Below, in pieces: positions 54,823 to 64,000 of a stretch of 64,000 bases of DNA. A program made the position numbers and the translations under genes. Under the pieces are notes generated by a model. It saw only the letters and a list, made by a program, of their open reading frames with translations. It ran no database searches and was not told where the DNA came from. Each line of letters begins with the position of its first letter. Position 1 is the first letter of the stretch. Where the stretch lies: contig NC_043009.1 of assembly GCF_006345805.1 (NCBI RefSeq), positions 5,270,001 through 5,334,000 of the forward strand, given 5' to 3'. This DNA is from Octopus sinensis (lineage: Eukaryota).

Positions 54823-55144
54823 GAATAATGGTTGCTTAAGGATGTTGAACGAAACACCCATGTTTCCAGAGGTGAATTATCCAAACCCTAAAGAATTCCT
54901 TTCAACACATGTCTATAATGCTCTCCCACTACTTCTGCTTGTGATCAGAGATGCACATATCGTCATCCACAAAGTGACATGGTCAACAGGTTAATGTCAA
55001 ACAACTGACAAGCAAATCTCGTGGTATTGAATATTTGCTATAGCCTTCTTTTATACCAAGACAAAACAATGTACATGGTAACACTTCCAATCAGTTGAGA
55101 TGAGAAGATATGAGAGTCACTGCCTAATACTGCATCAAGGCATC

Positions 55145-55182
<38 letters not shown>

Positions 55183-55696
55183 TATTATTATTATTATTAT
55201 TATATTATTATTATTGAGTGAGAGAGCAGTGCATGTTATCAAAGTGACATTGGGGTAAAATATACGAAGCCCAATATACCCATCATAACTACCCGTCTGA
55301 TAAGGGCACACCAGGCACATGCATCACAACCATATGTGCGCGACATGGTGATCTCATATCAAGATAAACTGCACATGACCTTGCAGTTGGGGCCCAGTTA
55401 GAATTTCCTTCAGGTTGAGTAGCCCATCCCGCTCAAACGGTCCCTGAATAAGGGTTGTTTAAGGATGTTGAAAAAACCACCCCAATCTCCAGAGGTGAAT
55501 TATTCAAACCCCAAAGAATCCCTCTCAACACATGGCTATGATGCTCCCCCACTACTTCTGCTCATGATCAGAGATGCACATATCGTCAGCCACTAAGGGA
55601 TATGCTCAACTGGTTAAGGTCAAACAACTGACAAGCAAATCTGTGGTATTGAGCAGAATATTTGCTGTAGCCCATCTTTTATACCATTAGCCCATC

Positions 55697-55748
<52 letters not shown>

Positions 55749-56305
55749 GAGTGAGAGAGCAGTTCATGCCATCAAAGTGACACTGGGGTAAAATATACGA
55801 AGCCCAATATACCCATCATGACTACCCGTCTGATAAAGGTACACCAGGCACATGCATCACAACCATATGTGCGCGACATGGTGATCTCATATCAAGATAA
55901 ACAGCACATGACCTTGCAGGTGGGGCCCAGTTAGAATTTTCTTCAGGTTGAGTAGCCCATCCCGCTCAAACGGTCCCTGAATAAGGGTTGTTTAAGGATG
56001 TTGAAAGAACCACCCATGTTTCCAGAGGTGAACTATTCAAACCCCAAAGAATCCCTCTCAACACATGGCTATGATGCTCCCCCACTACTTCTGCTCGTGA
56101 TCAGAGATGCACATATCTTCAGCCACTAAGGGACATGCTCAACTGGTTACGGTCAAACAACTGACAAGCAAATCTGTGGTATTGAGCAGAATATTTGCTG
56201 TAGCCCATCTTTTATACCAAGACAAAACAATGTACATGATAACACTTCCAATAAGTTAAGATCAGAAGCCATGAGAGCTACTGCCTGGTACTGCATCAGG
56301 GCATT
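53660..56305 (-). repeat. Tandem cluster of a ~560-bp non-coding element separated by (AAT)n
   Basis: Copies at 53660-54057, 54538-54557 (snippet), 54823-55145, 55216-55700 and 55749-56305 (full length). Confidence 0.85.
54100..54538 (-). mobile_element. Dong/R4-clade LINE 3' end with (AAT)n tail
   Basis: LCGIYGL..KWYD..P.VV.KNE, KEKKICLIIEITFPSD, GALG, WLKNIG; ends CCTTACTCAAAATAATAAT. Confidence 0.8.
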
Positions 56306-56380
56306 TATTATTATTATTATTATCATTATTATTACTATTATTATTAATATTATTATCATTATTTGTAGTAGTAGTAGTTT

Positions 56381-56500
<120 letters not shown>

Positions 56501-57789
56501 CAGCACAAGTAATAGTAGCGCTAGTAATTGCTGTAGTAGTAGCGGTGATAGAAATTGTCTTTGTCTGGCACCAATATAAGTCATTATTAAAACTGAAAGA
56601 CAAGAAATATAATTAGGAATGGATTTCTGATATATATATATTTTTTGTTAAATGACTTAAGGTGAAAACAAACATCTAATATTTGTTTGATAATTATATA
56701 TTTTACGGTATAAGCTACAAGACGAGACAATAAAGTCGAATATAACTTTTATATACTATGTGTATGCGTACATATAAACACATATGTGTATACATACGTA
56801 CAAAGATATGTGTGTGCGTGTGCGTTTGTGTATGTATATACGTATATGTATATTTGTGTGCTTGTGTGTGTTTGTGTGTAAATAAGAGATTGAGAGATGA
56901 CTCTTCCGCTTTTCTGAATTTCGGAAATGTTGTAATTAACACGATAAAGTTGCAAAATATCTTCATTTGTAAGCGAACAATATTTTTCCAATTTTGTTTG
57001 TGTGTATAAATTAATTATGATTAAGTCGATGATTCTTACAGAATTTGGGTTCGTTCGAATAAGTAGGAAAATAATTTCACCTTTGAGGAGGAACTGAATG
57101 TAATGCCTCGATTATTGAAATACTGTAAGCTCGAATATTTCCCTGCGTTTGAATATAACATTTACCGGCCCATTAGACTTTGAGATGTTTATACGGCAGA
57201 AGAATTAAATGTTATTTGAGTTTTTTTCTGTTTTCAAATTCATTAAATTTTAAGGAACATTAATACTGATAACCAAGAATTTCCCCACAAGGCGACGAAA
57301 TTTGGAGAGATGTCTCATTTAAATATAGGCTCAAATTCTTTCTCTGCAGTTTCTTTCCTCTGCCTATAGGAGGCGCGCAGGTAGATGTAAACCAGTAGAA
57401 AAATCAGACTTTTCATATGGAAACGGAAGCAATTATACAGATATATAACGTTCACTATGATATGACGTTGAATACACATATGTCTACTAATCCTTCACGC
57501 AGATTAAATGTACACACGTTTCCTTCTTATTATATGAATTTACACCCCTAAAGAAATATCATAATCAATATCGAAATGTATTGTATGCAGCAGGTCTAAA
57601 TTATATAGACAACTGGAAAATCTTACTGACGAAATTTTCTCTGGAAATGCAAGAAAAATTAACGATGAATCTTATTGCACTGATATTGGCATACATAATC
57701 ACAAAGGTATACAGTAGCATATGTATGAATTGAAACATACCTGTATGTTGTAATGATGTAATTGTAGAATTAGCATTTTCGGCATTTAT

Positions 57790-57985
57790 TCTTTTACTGC
57801 GGCCATGATGGAGCATCGCCTTGAAGGTTTTTTAGTCGAAGAAATCAACACCAGGACTTATTGTGTTTTAAGCCTCCTACTTATTCTATCGGTATTTTGT
57901 CCAACCTGTAAGTTACTGAGACGTAAGCACACGAACAACGGTTGTCAAGCGGTAACGTGGGTGGAGAAGGCAAGAATAGGAACAA
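57790..57985 (-). mobile_element. SINE family C, 3' half
   Basis: Reverse complement of the GCTCCAGCATGGCCGCAG tail and GACAACCG segment. Confidence 0.6.
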
Positions 57986-58303
57986 AATCCCACACAGGTA
58001 TATACATACATATATATTTATATATGTATTTATATATACATATGTATCTATATGCATATATAAATGAATAAATGGGGTTAAACGCAGGTATAAATGAAAT
58101 ACTTATACATTCAACACATGTTTCGAAGATTTCACTGATGTTATTCAAAAGAATAAAAGCTATAAAACAATACAATCTACTCTTCAGGGAAGTGAAAAAA
58201 CGAAATTCGACAATAAGACTTTTTAACAGAAAATGATGGATATGTATAGGGATTTACAGAACGCTATTAAGATTGTTTGAAAAAACGTTATATGATATAT
58301 ATG

Positions 58304-58422
<119 letters not shown>

Positions 58423-58567
58423 GTTGTATATTGTCAACTTAACGTGACAGTCCTGTAACGGAATTAGCCTTAGGAATCATCAACGCTTCCTGTCGGCCTT
58501 GACACATTGCCTGTGTCCTTCTATATTTACGAAGGGGAGACAAACACCCCAAACAGCTAGGCCTGCA

Positions 58568-58613
58568 CCTAGAGACATGCATGTTTCTGGGCCTTTCCCA
58601 TCATCAGTCTAGA
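58568..58613 (-). ncRNA. Minimal type I hammerhead ribozyme with intact core
   Basis: UCUAGA-CUGAUGA-UGGG(AAAGG)CCCA-GAAA-CAUGCAUG-UC-UCUAGG; GUC site, palindromic stem III ACAUGCAUGU. Confidence 0.85.
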
Positions 58614-58758
58614 GTAGCAGAGGCCTGCTAGCTGAAGATATTTGTCTAGACTTCGTAAATATATATATTATATATTTTCAGTGAAGTTTATTCACTGAAC
58701 ACACACACACACACACACATACACACACACACACACACCACACACATATATATATAAT

Positions 58759-58803
<45 letters not shown>

Positions 58804-59044
58804 TAATATATATACATATATGTATCAATGTATTTGTGTGTGTCTGTGTTCCCAAATCAATTAAACAGCCGGTGTTTGTGTGTTTACGACCTCGCAAAAT
58901 TTTCTCTACATGAGCTGACATATAGACAGACATTTCACTTTAAAGTTGGATATTTAGCATTCGCTATGAATAAATTCAGTATTTGGAAGGAGAGTAGGAA
59001 AGTATGGTAAAGTTACCTTCGCTAGTCATACTGAATCATAAAGG

Positions 59045-59258
59045 TCGATTTCCCAGTTTCATGACGTATATATGTTCCCCACCTGAATGAGACGCCGGTC
59101 GGTCGCAGTATCATTTATTTTTGACAGGTGAGTGTAACTGGAGGAAGGTGAATCGAAGTGTTTTGCTCAAGAACAGAACGCCTCGCCTGTTCCAAGGACC
59201 GAAATCACAATCTTACGGTCATGAGTCCAACACTCTAACCGCTAAACTATGCGCCTCC
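59045..59258 (-). mobile_element. Decayed tRNA-derived SINE with V-like core
   Basis: Head TGGAGGCGCATAGTTTAGCGGTTAGAG; TTCTTGAGCAAAACACTT. Confidence 0.65.
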
Positions 59259-59488
59259 AATTTAGAGCACGCAATACTGAGTACGCTGAAAGTACTAATA
59301 TTGATAATCTTCGAAATATAGTGTATTCTTCCCACAATTACTGAGCTTGGACTCTTTCAATTCATGTGTAGACACACACACATACTCTCACATACATATA
59401 TATATATATATGTATGTATACATGTATATATATGTGCGTGTGTGTGTGTATAAAATATATGCCTACAAACACACACACACACAAACAC

Positions 59489-59537
<49 letters not shown>

Positions 59538-61261
59538 TATATATATATACATATACACAAAATATATGAGGCAGTCTGTTCCAGTATTTGACTCAACGCA
59601 TAACTTTATAGAATGAAGAGAAAAGTAACCAAGTAGGAGAAACGGTAGAACTTTTGATAAATAAATGTTCTCTGACATTTATTTCTTTTAACTTATGTTT
59701 AAGGTACCAATCTCTTTCCTCTTGTGTGTACGAAATTATGAATTATCAGTGAAATACTGGAATATATTTAATCAATACTCACATCAAAACACCAGCTACA
59801 TATATACGATATGTACTGATCTCTAAACCTTTGAAGCTATTACAACAACAGTGTGGCGAGATATTTTTTATTCCATTCATGTCATAGATATTGAGTATTC
59901 AGAACTGTTATTTTATGTCTGGTTATACATCCAAGAAATATTAATAATAAACACATATCGACATTATTTTTTTTTTTGAAATCCGTTTTTGAACCGCAAT
60001 CATGTAAAAAATAAACGTTAAATATTAGGTGATTCCACGGATCTCACTCCAATGACGTCTAAAATATAGCGGATATTATACCTTGGTTGATATATCTTAT
60101 AATATTCTTCAAGATATAAGAAAATTTAAACAAATATTTTCCACTGCAGTGTATATGTATCACAATGTTTTTCTCATACAATATATTACGTTAAAATTTA
60201 ACTTTTCTTTTCTTCCCTGTCTTCTCCAATATTTTCATAGTATACTGATTTTAATGTTTGAAATATTGTAGATCTAAAGCTTCATGTACGTATACATAAT
60301 TATTGTATTTCATTCATCTGATTCTGTTTTATAATTGATTGTTTCGGGATAATATTTGACAGTATATTTCATTTTCTGCTTTAATTTAATGAAATCAATT
60401 TTGCCGGCTACTGTTCCCAAGAATCCCTAATTTGTGTAAAAGCTAAAATTACCTCTGAGTGATTGAAAACCTATTACAGTTGATCAACATTTAAACAGGG
60501 ATTTAATTTTTTTTATTTTTAATATTTATCTATTCTTACTCTTTTTCAATATACATTATTTCGTTCGACAATGGTTTTTCAGGATCTTTCTCCCAGTACT
60601 GCGGCCTGGTGTTTTCCCTAAGCATGTTGTTTAAAGCTTAACAGAAATTCTAATCTTAGCTCTGAGACCTGTAAACAAATTTTTTTTATTACATTCTATT
60701 TAATTCTGCCTCCTAATCCTATTTTTCTCTGTCAGTTCCAAATCATTTTTTTCTAATCTTGCCTCTAACTTTTTACATATTTGAAGGCATTTTATGATTT
60801 CAGTTCTAACATGTATTGTCAAAAATATTATATATCTTAAATATTTCTCTCCAGCATAAATGCAGAGATATGTTTAGTATTACTAGAGTTTTGACACTGC
60901 TTTGCATTTAAGCTCATTCTTTTCTGTTGGTGAGAAGGCTATTGACAAATTTATGTATTACAATACCTTTTGCACTCCATAAACACTTGGGCTTCTACTT
61001 TCCACATAACGACACGTTATATTTAGAGGTAGATTATAGGGTGTATGCATGAATTGTAGATCATACAGTAAGTAATGAACATTCCAAATTCATGGTTAAC
61101 CGTAGTCGAATTTCATTTTCATGTTCTCAATCTAACTTAAGCAACCCCAAATAATTCATAGTCAATATTTCAAGGAACCAAATCACGCATTCCTCTACAG
61201 AGTTTCGCTTTCACAAAAAACTTGTTATATCATAAACAAAAGCAAAAAGTGAGCATACATA

Positions 61262-61510
61262 GGTGTAGGAGTGGCTGTGTGGTAAGTAGCTTGCTTACGA
61301 ACCACATGGTTCATGGTTCAGTCCTCCACGCATACATATATATATGTATGTGTGTGTGTATGTGTATATGTGTATCTGTGTTTGTACCTCCATCCAACAT
61401 AGAATAAATACTAGGCTTACAAAGTATAAGTCCCGGGGTCGATTTACTCGACAAAAAGTCGGTGTTACACATGTCCACAGTCACATGACTGAAACAAGTA
61501 AAAAAGTAAA
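61262..61510 (+). mobile_element. SINE family C, internally deleted
   Basis: AGGAGTGGCTGTGTGGTAAGTAGC head and GACTGAAACAAGTAAAA tail. Confidence 0.7.
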
Positions 61511-61857
61511 AAGAGAGCGTATACAGCATTTTATTTATTTATCCATCTATTTATATATTTATTTATTGTCTTTGTTTAACCTCAAATATTTGAACACCAA
61601 AGTTTTTTTACAAACGAAAAGATTCAGAGCCAGGAACAGAGCGTTTTCTTTATAGGGTTTCCCCTTTACAAAAATCTGGTGAAATCATGAGAAACGGATT
61701 ACAATATTTAGTTCTGTTAATTACTCGCTGTCTTTAAATACTGCTGAAATTGCTTCAATTTCTAAAATCGTTTGAACACGTACTTGAGTAATACTTGATT
61801 GAATCAAACCAGTTTGAGGTTCCACAAATGAAATTTATTCAATATGAAATTATTCAG

Positions 61858-62018
61858 GCCCAGGAGTGGCTGTTTGGTAAGTAGCTTTCTTGTCAACCAC
61901 ATGATTCTAGGTTCATTCCCACTGCATGGCACCTTGGGCAAATGTCTTCTACTACAGCCTCGGGCCGACCAAAGCCTTGTGAGTGGATTTGGCAAACGGA
62001 AACTGAAAGAAGCCCGTC

Positions 62019-62067
<49 letters not shown>

Positions 62068-62230
62068 GGTATATGTTGGTGTGTCTGTGTTTGTCCCCCA
62101 TCACCGCTTGACAACCGATGCTGGTATGTTTACTTCCCCGTAACCTAACGGTTCGGCAAAAGATACCGATAAATTAAGAGCTAGGCTTCCAAATGCGGTG
62201 CTCCAGCATGGCCGCAGTCAAATGACTGAA
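61858..62230 (+). mobile_element. SINE family C, near complete
   Basis: Head GGAGTGGCTGTTTGGTAAG..GGTTCATTCCC, internal (TA)n, tail GACTGAAACAAGTAAAAGAGTAAAAG. Confidence 0.8.
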
Positions 62231-62430
62231 ACAAGTAAAAGAGTAAAAGATTAACTACATAAATGTATATCAAAGACTCATAATTTGTAAACGTTTATAT
62301 ATGTCAATACCACGTTGAACTGCGGTAGTAGTGCGCTTTACACTTCCTCATTGCCTCTTTAGATCTGTATACGAAACGAAGTAACAAAAATCATTGTTGG
62401 TTCTAATTTCTATAGGTTATCTGTAGAAAT

Positions 62431-62690
62431 GTTTTTTTACTTGTTCCTTCTCGAGCCATGCCACGATGCGAAGCCGGTCCATCGCAGGTAAGCTGCAAGA
62501 TGCAGGAGGAAAGATGGAGAGAAAGTTGTAGCGAAAGAGTCAGCAGAGGTTCGCCATTACCTTCTGCCAGAGCTGCGGTAGAGCTGAGGTGGTCCGCTCA
62601 TAAACACACTCATCTCCCGGTCTGAGATTCGAACCCGCGATCCTTCGACCACGAGACCGCTGCTCTAAACACTAGGCCATGTGCCTCCAC
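62431..62690 (-). mobile_element. tRNA-derived SINE (family A) with 12-bp TSD (1 mismatch)
   Basis: ATCTGTAGAAAT (62419-62430) and ATCTATAGAAAT (62691-62702); boxes match 159-464. Confidence 0.85.
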
Positions 62691-63384
62691 ATCTATAGAA
62701 ATAATCTTAACAAATAATGTAAAAACATTTAATATACTTTGTAGTATATTATTCTTGCAAAACGAAATACCACATACCTACAAAATATTAGTATTTACTT
62801 ACCAGCTTTCATATGCGTTTAATATGTAAATTGGTATATCGAATAGCTTTACACTGTTATATATACAGGCTATTTGAAGAATGTGTTCGAGAATGATTAA
62901 TGGGTTAGAGGGATACTGAGAAATGGGCAACCACTCCAACCCGAATATGATATATACGACCATTACTCATTTTTTATATTCGATCTCATTGTTTGTTTAC
63001 GTCTGACGTCTCGTATACGAAACGTGGTAACAAAATTCAGAGCTGGCTAAATTTCAATAGAATATCTGTAGAAATAACCTTAACTGATAACTCGGAGACT
63101 TAATCTAACCTTGATGAATGTCTTCATAGAAAACAAAGATACATATAATAGAAAACTGACGGACTTTCTAAACTCTTTACATTTCTTTATTCATTTACTG
63201 GCTTTAGCCATTTTATGACAGCCAAGTTAGGTTACTGTAGTAAGTAGTAATAGTAACGTAATATCTATCTCATTATGAAACTTATGTTATTGACCTCGGT
63301 TTTCGCGAAACGCTATGTTACACTTTAAATATAAAAATCTCATGCAGCATAGACATTTTGGTCAAGAAGAGCAATTTCCAGTGA

Positions 63385-64000
63385 GTAAGAAATTTGATTT
63401 CATAGAACCCAGTGCTCAATTGGTATTTATTTTATCCTCCCCGACAGAATGATGGGCAAAGTCACCCTCGGCAAACTTTGAAGTTAGAACGTAAATTTAA
63501 AAGGATTGGCGCTAACCATTTTACCCGGTTTGTTAACGATTCCTCCTGCAACACTTTATGTAAGGCATAGATGTTGCTTTCAAATTTTGGCACAAGGCCA
63601 GCCGGTTCTGGGGATTAGGTAAGTTGACTATATTGACCCCCAATGCTGAACTTGTACTTATATTAATGACTTCGAAAGTATGAAAGGTAAAGTCGAACTC
63701 ATCAGAATTTGAACTCAGAGTGTAAAATCGGATGAAATGCGGCTAAGCATCTTGACCGGTGTGCTAACGATTCTTACTTTTTTATTGCCCACAAGGGGCT
63801 AAACATAGAGGGGATAAATAAGGGCAGACAAAGTGATTAAGTCGGTTACATCGACCCCAGTGCGTAACTGGTACTTAATTTATCGACCCCGAAAGGTTGA
63901 AAGGCAAAGTCGACCATGGCGGAATTTGAACTCAGAACGTAAAGACAGACGAAATACCGCTAAGAATTTCGCCCGGCCTGCCAACGATTCTGCCAGCTTA
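63385..64000 (-). mobile_element. Three tandem Meta/MESC-core SINE copies (last runs off the window)
   Basis: Reverse complements of the 26697-27075 family at about 63385-63545, 63570-63775 and 63780-64000. Confidence 0.75.

Noticed and set aside
55575-55595. CTGACGA/CTGAAGA in the 560-bp element (minus strand)
   Set aside because: Followed by GAAG rather than GAAA, with no stem I; not a hammerhead.
53660-56305. CRISPR-like or satellite interpretation of the tandem units
   Set aside because: Units are long, variably truncated dispersed-type elements separated by microsatellite, not repeat-spacer arrays.

Overview
AT-rich, microsatellite-dense animal DNA with one 100-N gap. The SINE families and composition suggest a cephalopod (Octopus-like) genome; this is inference. 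No host protein-coding gene can be supported, and almost all listed ORFs are microsatellite translations or transposon remnants. Recognisable content: two CR1-group LINEs (one near full length, one lacking its endonuclease), RTE and Dong/R4 LINE fragments, two decayed mariner transposons plus a fragment, a non-autonomous Helitron, about 15 tRNA-derived SINEs, and a Penelope-like element (PLE) RT+GIY-YIG ORF that can be reassembled across two nested insertions. The main hidden signal is a set of minimal type I hammerhead ribozyme (HHR) motifs from several unrelated repeat families, often in inverted or fold-back arrangements and often next to (TA)n. One family joins a tRNA-like Pol III head to an HHR-bearing tail, suggesting a PLE-mobilised, self-cleaving SINE. 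All folds and alignments were done by eye and most element boundaries are approximate.
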